Below, piece by piece: positions 40,228 to 49,143 of a stretch of 64,000 nt of DNA (position 1 is the stretch's first letter; each line of letters starts with the position of its first letter). This DNA is from an uncultured Solirubrobacterales bacterium (GTDB lineage Bacteria; Actinomycetota; Thermoleophilia; Solirubrobacterales; 70-9). The notes below the pieces were generated by a model. It had not been told where the DNA came from and made no database searches. It worked only from the letters and a program-made list of their open reading frames with translations. The stretch lies in contig OY969103.1 of the NCBI GenBank assembly GCA_963697915.1, positions 727,839-791,838 on the forward strand, given 5' to 3'. The translations under genes were made by a program, and so were the position numbers.

Positions 40228-41499
40228 ATGGCAATTGCCGTAGCCACCTTCCTGATCGCCCTCGCGATCATCGCCAGCGAGAAGCTGCACCGCACCAAGG
40301 TCGCCCTGCTCGGCGCCGCGATCGTCGTCCTCTTCGTCGGCGACTTCTCCCAGGAGCAGGCGATCGAGTCGGTTGACTTCAACACGATCGGCCTCCTGGT
40401 CGGGATGATGATCCTCGTCTACCTGACCCAGCAGACCGGCGTCTACGACTACGTCGCGATCCGCGCCGGGCAGCTCTCCGGCGGGCGCTCCTTCGCGCTG
40501 ACGATGAGCCTGGCCGCGATCACGGCGCTGCTCTCCGCCTTCCTCGACAACCTGACCACGATCCTCTTGGTCGCGCCGATCACCTTCCTGCTCGCCGACG
40601 CACTCGACATCGAGGCGGTGCCGCTGCTGATCATCGAGGTGATGGCCTCCAACATCGGCGGCACCGCGACCCTGATCGGCGACCCGCCGAACATCATCAT
40701 CGCCGGCGCCACCGGGCTCAGCTTCAACGCCTTCATCGTCAACCTGGCGCCGATCGTGGTCGTCACCTTCGCCGTCGTCGTGCCGCTGCTCTACCTCGTC
40801 TTCCGGCGCCGGCTGCAGGTCGAGGAGAAGGACCGGCGCGCGGTGATGGAGCTCGACGCGCTGGCGTCGATCCGCGACGCGGCTGAGCTGCGCCGCACCG
40901 GCCCGGTCCTGATCGCGACCGTGCTTGCCTTCTTCGCCCACCAGGCGCTCCACGTCGAGCCGGCGACGGTGGCGCTCGCGGGCGCCTCGGTCGGGCTGCT
41001 GGTGACCCGTGTCGATCTCGAGAAGGCGCTCTCCAGCATCGAGTGGACGACGCTCTTCTTCTTCATCGGCCTCTTCGTCATGGTCGGCGCCCTCGAGGCG
41101 ACCGGTGCGATCGACCACGTCGCCGAGGCGGTCGCGGACCTCACCGGCGGCGAGCGCAGCGCCGAGCTGCTCGGCATCGTCTGGGTCGCCGCCCTGGGCT
41201 CGGCCGTCGTCGACAACATCCCCTTCACGACGGCGATGATCCCGGTGGTGACCCAGCTGCAAGAAGCAGCGGGGGCGGGTGACGACGACGCCTACTGGTG
41301 GGCGCTCTCGCTGGGCGCCTGCTTCGGCGGCAACGCGACCCTGATCGCCGCCGCCGCCAACGTCGCCGCCGCCGGGATGGCGGAACGGGCGGGGACGCCG
41401 ATCGGGTTCATGGCCTTCCTCCGCGTCGGCCTGCCTGTCACCCTGATCTCGGTCGCCCTCGCGTCCGCCTACATCGCAATCCGCTACATAGCGCTCTGA
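40228..41499 (+). CDS. ArsB/NhaD-superfamily (YbiR-like) anion/citrate-type permease
   Basis: 423 aa. SAFLDNLTTILLVAPI and NIGGTATLIGDPPNIIIAG motifs, repeated in the second half (SAVVDNIPFT, GGNATLIAAAANV). Confidence 0.82.
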   Translation: MAIAVATFLIALAIIASEKLHRTKVALLGAAIVVLFVGDFSQEQAIESVDFNTIGLLVGMMILVYLTQQTGVYDYVAIRAGQLSGGRSFALTMSLAAITALLSAFLDNLTTILLVAPITFLLADALDIEAVPLLIIEVMASNIGGTATLIGDPPNIIIAGATGLSFNAFIVNLAPIVVVTFAVVVPLLYLVFRRRLQVEEKDRRAVMELDALASIRDAAELRRTGPVLIATVLAFFAHQALHVEPATVALAGASVGLLVTRVDLEKALSSIEWTTLFFFIGLFVMVGALEATGAIDHVAEAVADLTGGERSAELLGIVWVAALGSAVVDNIPFTTAMIPVVTQLQEAAGAGDDDAYWWALSLGACFGGNATLIAAAANVAAAGMAERAGTPIGFMAFLRVGLPVTLISVALASAYIAIRYIAL

Positions 41500-41510
41500 G
41501 GAGGAATCGG

Positions 41511-41987
41511 ATGCCGGACTCGATCGTCAAGCAAGCGCTACGGGAGATAGAGCCGCTCGACGCCGACGAGCTGATCGGCCCGGCCGCGCGGCGGGTGATC
41601 GACGAGGGCCTGCCGGCGCTGCCGGCGGTCGAGCCCGACGGCAGCTTCACCGGCATCTTCGGCGAGCGCGAGTTCATGGCGGCGCTCTTCCCCGGCTACG
41701 TCGGCGAGCTGGCCTCGGCGGCGATGATCTCGCGCTCGGTCGACGAGACGATCGAGCGACGCAGCGCCTGCAGCGAGGAACCGATCCGCCGCTACCTGAC
41801 CACCGACCACGTGCTCGTCGAGGACGCTTACTCCGACACCCAGCTGGCCGAGCTCTTCCTCCACCACCGGGTGCTGATCGTCCCGATCGCGACCGGCGGC
41901 CGCGTGCATGCCGTCGTCACCCGCCACGACTTCTTCAGCGCCCTGGTCGACCGCTTCGGCACGATCGCCGAGGACTTAGGGGACTGA
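41511..41987 (+). CDS. CBS-domain pair protein
   Basis: 158 aa with RBS GAGGAGG upstream of ATG 41511 and two CBS-like modules (PAVEPDGSFTGIFGEREF, VPIATGGRVHAVVTRHDF). Probably co-transcribed with the permease. Confidence 0.7.
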   Translation: MPDSIVKQALREIEPLDADELIGPAARRVIDEGLPALPAVEPDGSFTGIFGEREFMAALFPGYVGELASAAMISRSVDETIERRSACSEEPIRRYLTTDHVLVEDAYSDTQLAELFLHHRVLIVPIATGGRVHAVVTRHDFFSALVDRFGTIAEDLGD

Positions 41988-42038
41988 CGAGGTCCAGACG
42001 TCGCCAGGCAAGGACGCAGGGGAGGGCGAAGAGCAGCG

Positions 42039-43088
42039 CTATTTGGCCGACAGAGGACGCCGCATGGCGGCGCCTGGGGCCGTCAGCAGGCCGCGCTCGA
42101 CCAGGAGCTCGGCGATCTGGACCGTGTTGGTGGCGGCGCCCTTGCGCAGGTTGTCTGAGACGACCCAGAGGTCGATCGCGCGCTCGTTGCCGGGGTCGCG
42201 GCGGATGCGCCCGACGAAGACGTCGTCGCGGCCGGCCGCCTCGATCGCCAGCGGGTAGCGCCCGGCCGCCGGGTCGTCGACGACGGTGACCCCGGGGGCC
42301 GCCGCCAGCAGCTCACGGGCGCGCTCGGGCGAGAGCGGCTCGCGGGTCTCGACGTTGACCGCCTCGGAGTGGCCGGTGACGACCGGGACGCGGACGCAGG
42401 TGGCGCTGACCCGGATCGCCTCGTCGGCGAGGATCTTGCGCGTCTCGTTGATCAGCTTGCGCTCCTCGTCGGTGTGATCGTCGCCGTCGGGGAAGCTGCC
42501 TGCTTGCGGCAGGGCGCTGAAGGCGATCCGGTGCGGGTAGACCGAGACGACCGGGTCGTGGTCCTCGAGCACGGCCTTGGACTGGGCCAGCAGCTCGTCG
42601 ATCGCCGCCTTGCCGGTGCCGGAGACCGCCTGGTAGGTGGAGATCACGAGCCGCTCGATGCCGGCCTCGTCGTGCAGCGGCTTGAGCGCGACGACCATCT
42701 GCATGGTCGAGCAGTTGGGGTTGGCGACGATGCCCTTGTGCCCGTCGAGGGCGTCGGGGTTGACCTCGGCGACGACCAGGGGCACGTCGTCGTGCATGCG
42801 CCAGTAGCTGGTGTTGTCGACGACGACGGCGCCGGCCGCGACCAGCTTCGGCGTCCACTCGGCGCTGATCGCGCCACCGGCCGAGGAGAGGACCAGGTCG
42901 AGGCCGCCGATCGTGTCCTCGCGCAGGGGCTGCACCTCGAGCTCCCGTCCGCCCCACTCGATCGACCTGCCGACGGAGCGCTCGGAGGCGAAGGGGACGA
43001 CCTCGGAGGCCGGGAACCGGCGCTCGGCGAGCAGGCCGAGGATCGTCGACCCGACCAGGCCGGTGGCGCCTACTACGCCGACCCTCAT
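42039..43088 (-). CDS. asd: Aspartate-semialdehyde dehydrogenase
   Basis: 349 aa. [16 protein letters not shown] fold, active-site NPNCST and GHSEAV motifs. The start overlaps the ask stop by 4 nt. Confidence 0.94.
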   Translation of the reverse strand: MRVGVVGATGLVGSTILGLLAERRFPASEVVPFASERSVGRSIEWGGRELEVQPLREDTIGGLDLVLSSAGGAISAEWTPKLVAAGAVVVDNTSYWRMHDDVPLVVAEVNPDALDGHKGIVANPNCSTMQMVVALKPLHDEAGIERLVISTYQAVSGTGKAAIDELLAQSKAVLEDHDPVVSVYPHRIAFSALPQAGSFPDGDDHTDEERKLINETRKILADEAIRVSATCVRVPVVTGHSEAVNVETREPLSPERARELLAAAPGVTVVDDPAAGRYPLAIEAAGRDDVFVGRIRRDPGNERAIDLWVVSDNLRKGAATNTVQIAELLVERGLLTAPGAAMRRPLSAK

Positions 43089-44380
43089 GCGACCGTGGGT
43101 CGGTGGTCGGCGCCCATCGGGTCCTCGGCCCGGACCGCGTCGGCGCCGAGCTCGAAGGCCTCGTGCAGGGCGCGGACGGCGTCGGGCACGCGGTCAGCGG
43201 AGATGACGCAGGAGATCTTGATCGGCGAGGTGGAGATCATCTCGATGTTGATCCCCTCGCCGCCGAGCACGGCGAAGACCTTGGCGGCGACGCCGGGATG
43301 CGAGCGCATGCCGGCGCCGACGATCGAGACCTTGCCGATGCGCTCGTCGGTGCGCACGCCCTGACTGACGTCGAGGCCGCTGACCGTGTCGGTGGCGGCG
43401 GTCAGGTCGGAGCGGTCGACGGTGAAGGAGAGGTCGGCGAGGGCGTCATCGCCGACCGGCTCGTTCTGGATGATCACGTCGACGTTGATGCCGGCGTCGG
43501 CGAGCGCGGTGAAGATGCGGCCGGCGACGCCGGGCTCGTCCTGGACCCCGGTCAGGGTCACGCGCGCCTCTCCCTCGGAGTGGGTGACTGCGGTTACGAA
43601 CGGTTGCTCCATGGTCTGCTCGCTGGCCTCCTCTTCGCTGACGACGAGGGTACCGGGGCCGTCCTCGAAGCTGCTGCGGCAGTGGATGCGCACGCCGTTG
43701 TTGCGCGCGTACTCGACCGAGCGCAGCTGCAGGACCCGGGCCCCGGAGGCCGACATCTCGAGCATCTCCTCATACGAGGTGGCCGCCAGCTTGCGGGCGT
43801 CGGGGACGATCCGCGGGTCGGCGCTGAAGACGCCGGCGACGTCGGTGTAGATCTCGCAGACGCGCGCGTCGAGGGCGGCGGCGAGCGCGACCGCCGTCGT
43901 GTCGGAGCCGCCCCGCCCCAGGGTGGTCACGTCGCGGCTGTCGGTGGAGACGCCCTGGAAGCCGGCGACGAGGACGATCCGGTCCGCCTCCAGGGTCTCG
44001 AAGATGCGCTTGGCGCGGACGTCGATGATCTTCGCCCTGGTGTGCGAGGAGTCGGTGACGATCCCCGCCTGCGAGCCGGTCAGCGAGATCGCGCTGTGGC
44101 CCATGTCGTGGATCGCCATCGCGCAGAGCGCGCAGGAGATCCGCTCGCCGCTGGAGAGCAGCATGTCCATCTCGCGGGCGACCGGACGCTCGGAGATCTC
44201 CAGCGCCTGGGCGACCAGCTCGTCGGTCGCCTTGCCGCGGGCGGAGAGCACCGCGACCACGCGGCAGCCGCCCTCGCGAGCGGCGACGATCCGCCGCGCG
44301 GCGCGCTTGATCTCCTCGGCGCCGGCGACCGAGGTGCCGCCGAACTTCATCACGACGATGTCTGACTTCGGCTCACTCAT
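43085..44380 (-). CDS. lysC: Aspartate kinase with two C-terminal ACT domains
   Basis: 431 aa. [25 protein letters not shown] and tandem ACT domains. There is an internal in-frame ATG at 43612 preceded by GAGGAGG (see findings). Confidence 0.94.
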   Translation of the reverse strand: MSEPKSDIVVMKFGGTSVAGAEEIKRAARRIVAAREGGCRVVAVLSARGKATDELVAQALEISERPVAREMDMLLSSGERISCALCAMAIHDMGHSAISLTGSQAGIVTDSSHTRAKIIDVRAKRIFETLEADRIVLVAGFQGVSTDSRDVTTLGRGGSDTTAVALAAALDARVCEIYTDVAGVFSADPRIVPDARKLAATSYEEMLEMSASGARVLQLRSVEYARNNGVRIHCRSSFEDGPGTLVVSEEEASEQTMEQPFVTAVTHSEGEARVTLTGVQDEPGVAGRIFTALADAGINVDVIIQNEPVGDDALADLSFTVDRSDLTAATDTVSGLDVSQGVRTDERIGKVSIVGAGMRSHPGVAAKVFAVLGGEGINIEMISTSPIKISCVISADRVPDAVRALHEAFELGADAVRAEDPMGADHRPTVA

Positions 44381-44428
44381 CAGAACGCCCGAGGATAGTC
44401 GTGGGAGAACCTCTGCGCCGCTCGGTTG

Positions 44429-44677
44429 TCAGGCGACGTCGCGGCCCCCGCCGAGGATCTCCTCGGGGGTCAGTATGCGAATCGAGCCGTCCGCCGAGAC
44501 GAGCACTGCCGAGGAACCCCTCTCTGCCGCCCGCCGCATTTCACGCTCGGTGTAGGGCGTATCCGCGTCGATGAAAGACGACCGTTCGGGAACGATCGGC
44601 CTTTCTTCGATCGCCGCCTCGATCGCCTCGTCCATCAGCCTGCTGGCGGGAGACTGCACTCCGTTCTTTACGGTCAT
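44429..44677 (-). CDS. Hypothetical 82-aa protein (second gene of the lower-GC pair)
   Basis: Preferred start is the ATG at 44677-44675, overlapping the upstream TGA (ATGA); the track start at 44686 is also possible. I recognise no family. AT-richer codons than the genome background. Confidence 0.5.
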   Translation of the reverse strand: MTVKNGVQSPASRLMDEAIEAAIEERPIVPERSSFIDADTPYTEREMRRAAERGSSAVLVSADGSIRILTPEEILGGGRDVA

Positions 44678-45012
44678 CCCTTCCATCCCTCGATCATCGC
44701 GAGATACCCGTTCTTGAGGTCGCTGATTGCCGCGCGCATACCCTCACCCAGGGTACCGCGATGAACCTCGACCCCTTTCTGCTTACCGCTCCTCTGGGTA
44801 TAGCGATGCATCTCATTGAATCCATGGGCGGCATCGTAGACACGTATCGTCTGTATCCCTCCGGGGGTCGGCAAGGCCAACATGACGGTGTAGTCGACGA
44901 CCGTGCCGCGATCGGTGGTGAAGTCGACCCACATCAGGACGCCTTTGGCGGCATCGATGATGTCCCAGTAGCCCGCACTCACGAACCGATCGTGATTTCC
45001 CGCGGCGCGCAA
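44674..45012 (-). CDS. Hypothetical 112-aa protein (first gene of the lower-GC pair)
   Basis: TTG start in the track. Sequence ...VVDYTVMLALPTPGGIQTIRVYDAAHGFNEMHRYTQ... It uses many A/T-ending codons (gat, aat, cat, ata, tat, ggt). It is weakly reminiscent of TumE/DUF6516-type toxins (memory-based, unverified). Confidence 0.5.
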   Translation of the reverse strand: MRAAGNHDRFVSAGYWDIIDAAKGVLMWVDFTTDRGTVVDYTVMLALPTPGGIQTIRVYDAAHGFNEMHRYTQRSGKQKGVEVHRGTLGEGMRAAISDLKNGYLAMIEGWKG

Positions 45013-45086
45013 GTGGTGCGCTCAGACGAAATTCTTCGTCTCGTTATCGAGTCAATTGTGCGACGAATCGATGCGACGAGCCTTCG

Positions 45087-45614
45087 CTACGGAGGCGCTG
45101 GCTCTGCGGGGGCGTCGGCGCCCGGTGGCGCCAGCTCGAGCTGCCACCAGCCGACGTCGCGCCAGGCGCCGGCCTTCCACCCGATCCGGGGGTAGAGGGC
45201 GACGCGGACGAAGCCGAGGCTCTCGTGCAGGGCGACGCTGGCCTCGTTGGGCAGGGTGATCCCGGCGAGAGCGACCTGGAAGCCCTGTCGGCGCAGGCGC
45301 TCGAACAGCTCGCCGTAGAGGGCGCGTCCCAGGCCGCGGCGGCGCTGGCCCGGGGCGACGAAGATCGAGACGTTGACCGCCCAGCGGTAGGCGGCGCGCT
45401 CCCGGTGGGGGGCGGCGTAGGCATAGCCGACCACCTCGCCGTCGAGCTCGGCGACCAGCCAGGGGTGGGTGGCGGAGAGGCGCGCGATCCGCTCGGCCAT
45501 CTCGGCCGCGGTCGGCGGCTCGTCCTCGAAGGAGACGGGGCTGCCGGCAACGTGCGGGGCGTAGAGCGCGGCACAGGCGGCCGCGTCGTGGTCCGGATCG
45601 GCGCCGCGGATCAG
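45087..45614 (-). CDS. GNAT N-acetyltransferase, phosphinothricin acetyltransferase-like
   Basis: The track gives only 45087..45500. The frame stays open upstream and encodes (L)IRGADPDHDAAACAALYAPHV...FEDEPPTAAEM, which matches the usual PAT N-terminus. The proposed CTG start at 45614-45612 overlaps the MerR stop (CTGA). Acetyl-CoA motif QRRRGLGRALY. Confidence 0.65.
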   Translation of the reverse strand: MIRGADPDHDAAACAALYAPHVAGSPVSFEDEPPTAAEMAERIARLSATHPWLVAELDGEVVGYAYAAPHRERAAYRWAVNVSIFVAPGQRRRGLGRALYGELFERLRRQGFQVALAGITLPNEASVALHESLGFVRVALYPRIGWKAGAWRDVGWWQLELAPPGADAPAEPAPP

Positions 45615-46459
45615 GCGAACGCCTGCGTCGCGCGGCGGCGCAGGTCGGCGTTGAGCATCCCCGTCACTTCGCTGGGGCGCTCGCCCGCGGTGGGGATCGC
45701 GTCGCCGATCAGGCCGCTGGCGCGGAAGCCGTAGAGCGGTGCGTCAAAGCCGGCCTCGCGGATCCTGCGCACGAGCTGGACGGCGGCGCGGGTCTCGGCG
45801 CCGGGCCCGCAGAGGACGATCGCGGTCGGTTCGAGGGCGCCGAGGGCGCGCTCCATCCGCTCCTCGCCGAGCTCGTGGGAGAGCGTCAGCACGCGGAAGC
45901 CGGCGCGGCGCAGGGCGAGGTCGAGGGCTTGGGTGTGGACCGTCTCGGCCTCCGAGTCGCGGCTCGAGTCGAGCAGCAGGATGCCGGCGGGACGGGAGGC
46001 GGTGGAGGCGAGGCGGCGGGCGCCATGCAGCCAGCCGGCAGCCCAGCGGGCGGCGAACTCGAGCTCGGCCTCACGCTCGGGGTCGGCGGCGAGCCGGTCG
46101 ATCGCGGGCAGCAGCATCTCCTCCACGGTCCGCTCCAGCGGCCGGATCGCGAGGCTCTCCTCGATCGCCCGGTCGGCGGCCTCCTCGTCGAACCCGGTGA
46201 AGGCGGCGAGCAGGCCCTCGCCGCTGGCCGGCGCCTCCTGGCGCTGCTGGGCCAGCTGGATCGCCGAGGAGATGTTGCCGGTCTCGGCGAGCGCGTCGCG
46301 CAGGGTCTGCAGCTCGACCAGCTCGTAGTTACGGTGGTTGCCCGGCGTCCGCTTCGGCGTCGGGAAGCCGTAGCGCCGCTCCCAGCTGCGCAGCGTGTTG
46401 GGGCTGACGCCCAGAACTTCCGCGGCTGCGTTGGTCCGGATACCTGGCATGCGCGGCAT
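45611..46459 (-). CDS. MerR-family regulator with C-terminal B12-binding-like (CarH/LitR-type) domain, non-canonical motifs
   Basis: HTH IRTNAAAEVLGVSPNTLRSWERRYGFP...GNHRNY. This is followed by a helical bundle and a Rossmann-like block ILLLDSSRDSEAETVHTQALDLALRRAGFRVLTL...IVLCG. The canonical ExHxxG is not intact. Confidence 0.7.
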   Translation of the reverse strand: MPRMPGIRTNAAAEVLGVSPNTLRSWERRYGFPTPKRTPGNHRNYELVELQTLRDALAETGNISSAIQLAQQRQEAPASGEGLLAAFTGFDEEAADRAIEESLAIRPLERTVEEMLLPAIDRLAADPEREAELEFAARWAAGWLHGARRLASTASRPAGILLLDSSRDSEAETVHTQALDLALRRAGFRVLTLSHELGEERMERALGALEPTAIVLCGPGAETRAAVQLVRRIREAGFDAPLYGFRASGLIGDAIPTAGERPSEVTGMLNADLRRRATQAFA

Positions 46460-46494
46460 TCTGGCACCCGATTCGCGGGTTTACACCAGTTATG

Positions 46495-46515
46495 GACAGA
46501 TTTCGCGAATCTGTC
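46495..46515. promoter_or_regulatory. Palindrome upstream of the MerR gene
   Basis: GACAGATT-TCGCG-AATCTGTC: perfect 8-bp arms, 36-56 nt upstream of the MerR start and overlapping the GGDEF stop codon. It is nested in a second inverted repeat GATTCGCG (46470-46477) ... CGCGAATC (46504-46511). Confidence 0.4.
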
Positions 46516-47278
46516 AGCGATCTTGCAAAAGGCCTACGCCCACCGGCTGGCCGACCGAGCGCGCCCGCCACATCGCCTCGTCGGCCCTGTGCAGCAGGGC
46601 CTCGGCGCTGTCGCCGTGCTCGGGACAGGCGACGACGCCGGCCGAAATCCCGATCCGCAGCCCCCCCGCCGCCTCGAGCTCGTCGAGCTGGCTGAGCAGC
46701 CGCTCGGCCATCTGCACGCCGCCGACCGTGTCCTGCCCCGGGGCGAGGACGCAGAGGGCGTCCTCCTCGAGCCGGAAGGTCTCGTCGACCAGGCGGACGC
46801 TCTCGCCGAGCGCCGCGCCGGTCACCGCCAGCGCCGTCTCGCGACCGCCCGCCTCGCCGTTGCGGGCACCCGGGCCCTCGACGTCGAAGACGACCAGGGC
46901 GAAGGGCTGCTCGTAGCGCCGCTGGCACTCGAGCAGCTGGTCGAGCCGGCGGCGCATCTGGCCGGCCCTGAAGAGGCTCGGGTGGCCGGTCGGCTCGGTC
47001 TCGACCTCGGCCAGCTCCGCGACCTCGGCCGCCTCCGCGGCTTCGGCGGCGACGCCGTCGTCCCACTCCCAGAGCGTGCCGACCGCGGTCGCGGTCACCG
47101 AGCCGAACTCCTCGGCCAGTTTCTGGGCGGCGGCGGCGAACAAGCCGGCGTCGCTGCCCGCCATCTCCTCGTGCAACTTGCCGAGCAGCGAGGCCTGCAG
47201 CACGGAGACTTCGCGGGCCAGCTTGCCGGCGCCGGGCGCGCCGCCCTGACCGGTGTCTATGGCCGTATCCGTCGCCAC
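46514..47278 (-). CDS. Degenerate GGDEF-domain protein (A-site lost, RxxD I-site retained)
   Basis: The C-terminal half aligns to the GGDEF fold (FALVVFDVEG..., ISAGVVACPEHGDSAEALLHRADEAMWRARSVG). The GG(D/E)EF position reads EEDAL, preceded by RLVD at the I-site spacing. Confidence 0.7.
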   Translation of the reverse strand: MATDTAIDTGQGGAPGAGKLAREVSVLQASLLGKLHEEMAGSDAGLFAAAAQKLAEEFGSVTATAVGTLWEWDDGVAAEAAEAAEVAELAEVETEPTGHPSLFRAGQMRRRLDQLLECQRRYEQPFALVVFDVEGPGARNGEAGGRETALAVTGAALGESVRLVDETFRLEEDALCVLAPGQDTVGGVQMAERLLSQLDELEAAGGLRIGISAGVVACPEHGDSAEALLHRADEAMWRARSVGQPVGVGLLQDR

Positions 47279-47351
47279 GCCGAGACCTTGTCGAAGCGGG
47301 CGGACGCCATCCCGCCAGAAAACCGCAATTTGCGAGGCGACACCCGTCTAG

Positions 47352-48566
47352 GTGAAATGGCCAGTTCGCCGCGGGTATGGTGGCCCGGTGGAGGCGGCCG
47401 AGACCGGATCGGGGGGTGAGAGCTGGCTGCGCCGGCGCCGCTGGTGGCTGCTCGGCGGCCTGGTCCTGCTCGCCGCCCTCGCGATCGGCGCCGCGACCGC
47501 CTGGCACTTCTCCGCCGGGCCCCTCGTCCCCGAGCACCTCGACTGGCCCGAAGACGTGGCCGTCGAGCGGGTGGCGGAGGATCGGGTCGTCCTCTCCCGC
47601 TCCGAAGACAGCGAACGCCCGGGTGTCTTCGGGCTCGCCTGGCAGAGCGGCCACGCCGTGGTCGGCGCCGTCCTCGCCAGCGACGAGGAGACGGTGACGC
47701 GGCGGCTGCGCGAGGTGCGCGGCTACCTGGTGCCCGGGATGGACGTCGCGGTTGGACGCGTCTACTCGGGCGACCCGCGGCAGGCGCTCGGCCTGCCCTT
47801 CTCCGAAGTGCCGGTCCGCGGCGAGCTGGGGCCGATGCCGGCCTGGCGCATTCCCGGGCGCGGCGACACCTGGGCGATCGTCGTGCACGGGATCAACAGC
47901 AGCCCCGAGGACGTCCTCGCCCCCGTCCCCGCCCTGCACCGGGCCGGGCTGCCGACGCTGCTGATCACCTACCGCGAGGACCTCGGCGCGCCGCCCAGCC
48001 CCGACGGCCTCCACCACATGGGCCAGACCGAGTGGCGCGACCTCGAGGCCGCCGCCGAGTACGCGCTGGAGCGCGGCGCCAGGCGGCTCGTCCTCGTCGG
48101 CTACTCGATGGGCGGCGCCCTGATCACCCAGTTCATGCAGCGCTCGGCACTGGCGCCGCGCGTCGCCGGCCTCGTCCTCGACGCCCCGGTCCTCGACTGG
48201 CAGGAGACGATCGCCTTCCACGCCACCGAGATGGGGCTGCCAGCCGTAAGCGCGAAGCCGGTCGAGTGGGCGGTCGGCGCCCGCGTCGACGCCGACTGGG
48301 AGAGCCTCGACGCGCTCGACCACACCGACGACCTGCAGCTGCCGATCCTGCTCTTCCACGGCGGCGAGGACGACGTCGTCCCGATCGCGACCAGTGAAGA
48401 CCTCGCCGCCGAGCTGCCGCGCTGGGTCACCTACCACCGTTCGCCGCGAGCCGGTCACTGCCAGGCCTGGAACGTCGACCCGGCGCTCTACGAACGCCGC
48501 CTCACCCGCTTCCTCGCCGATGTCGGCGCGGTCGCGCCGCTCAGTCCAGCGCGCGGCGGCCGCTGA
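47352..48566 (+). CDS. Membrane-anchored alpha/beta hydrolase
   Basis: N-terminal TM WWLLGGLVLLAALAIGAATAW, nucleophile elbow GYSMGG, and later HGGEDDVVP and H in GHCQAW. Start uncertain (GTG 47352). Confidence 0.75.
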   Translation: MKWPVRRGYGGPVEAAETGSGGESWLRRRRWWLLGGLVLLAALAIGAATAWHFSAGPLVPEHLDWPEDVAVERVAEDRVVLSRSEDSERPGVFGLAWQSGHAVVGAVLASDEETVTRRLREVRGYLVPGMDVAVGRVYSGDPRQALGLPFSEVPVRGELGPMPAWRIPGRGDTWAIVVHGINSSPEDVLAPVPALHRAGLPTLLITYREDLGAPPSPDGLHHMGQTEWRDLEAAAEYALERGARRLVLVGYSMGGALITQFMQRSALAPRVAGLVLDAPVLDWQETIAFHATEMGLPAVSAKPVEWAVGARVDADWESLDALDHTDDLQLPILLFHGGEDDVVPIATSEDLAAELPRWVTYHRSPRAGHCQAWNVDPALYERRLTRFLADVGAVAPLSPARGGR

Positions 48567-49143
48567 ACGCCTTGCCGAGCGTGACCTCGTCGGCGTGCTC
48601 GAGGTCGGCGCCGACCGGCAGGCCGCTGGCCAGGCGGGTGACCGTGACCCGGCCGCGCAGCTGCTCGGCGATGTAGAGGGCGGTCGCCTCGCCGGTCGTC
48701 GTCGGGTTGGTGGCGAGGACGACCTCGCGGACGTCGCCCTCGTCGACGCGGCGCAGCAGCTCGGCGATCTTGAGGTCGTCGGCATCGACCCCGTCGATCG
48801 GCGAGAGGGCGCCGCCGAGCACGTGGTAGAGGCCGCGGTACTCATGGGTGCGCTCGATCGGGATCACGTCGGCGGGCTCCTCGACCACGCAGATCGTCTC
48901 CTGGTCGCGGCCCGAGTCGGCGCAGATCCGGCAGAGCGGCCCCTCGGCGAGGTTGAAGCAGCGCTCGCAGAGGCCGACCCGCTCCTTGACCTGGCGGATC
49001 GCGGCGGCGAGCGCCGTCGACTCCTCGTCGGGGGCGCGGAGGATGTGGAAGGCGAGCCGCTGGGCGGTGCGCTGGCCGATCCCGGGCAGCCGCGAGAGCT
49101 CGGCGACCAGGCGGGAGAGCGGCGCCGGGCCCTCGGCGCTCAA
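48541..49143 (-). CDS. recR: Recombination protein RecR
   Basis: 200 aa. LPGIGQRTAQRLAFHIL helix-hairpin-helix, zinc finger CERCFNLAEGPLCRIC, and a Toprim domain. The TTG start overlaps the upstream stop (TTGA). Confidence 0.94.
   Translation of the reverse strand: MSAEGPAPLSRLVAELSRLPGIGQRTAQRLAFHILRAPDEESTALAAAIRQVKERVGLCERCFNLAEGPLCRICADSGRDQETICVVEEPADVIPIERTHEYRGLYHVLGGALSPIDGVDADDLKIAELLRRVDEGDVREVVLATNPTTTGEATALYIAEQLRGRVTVTRLASGLPVGADLEHADEVTLGKAFSGRRALD

Noticed and set aside
46329-48845. 838-aa minus-strand ORF, plus similar giants: 9933..11834, 13113..14312, 16290..18254, 19604..21085, 21148..23430, 25957..27336, 53353..55128 and 57268..58851.
   Set aside because: All overlap, in antisense or in an alternative frame, genes with strong motif support. 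All have the RGAP-rich low-information composition expected from stop-codon-poor GC-rich DNA.
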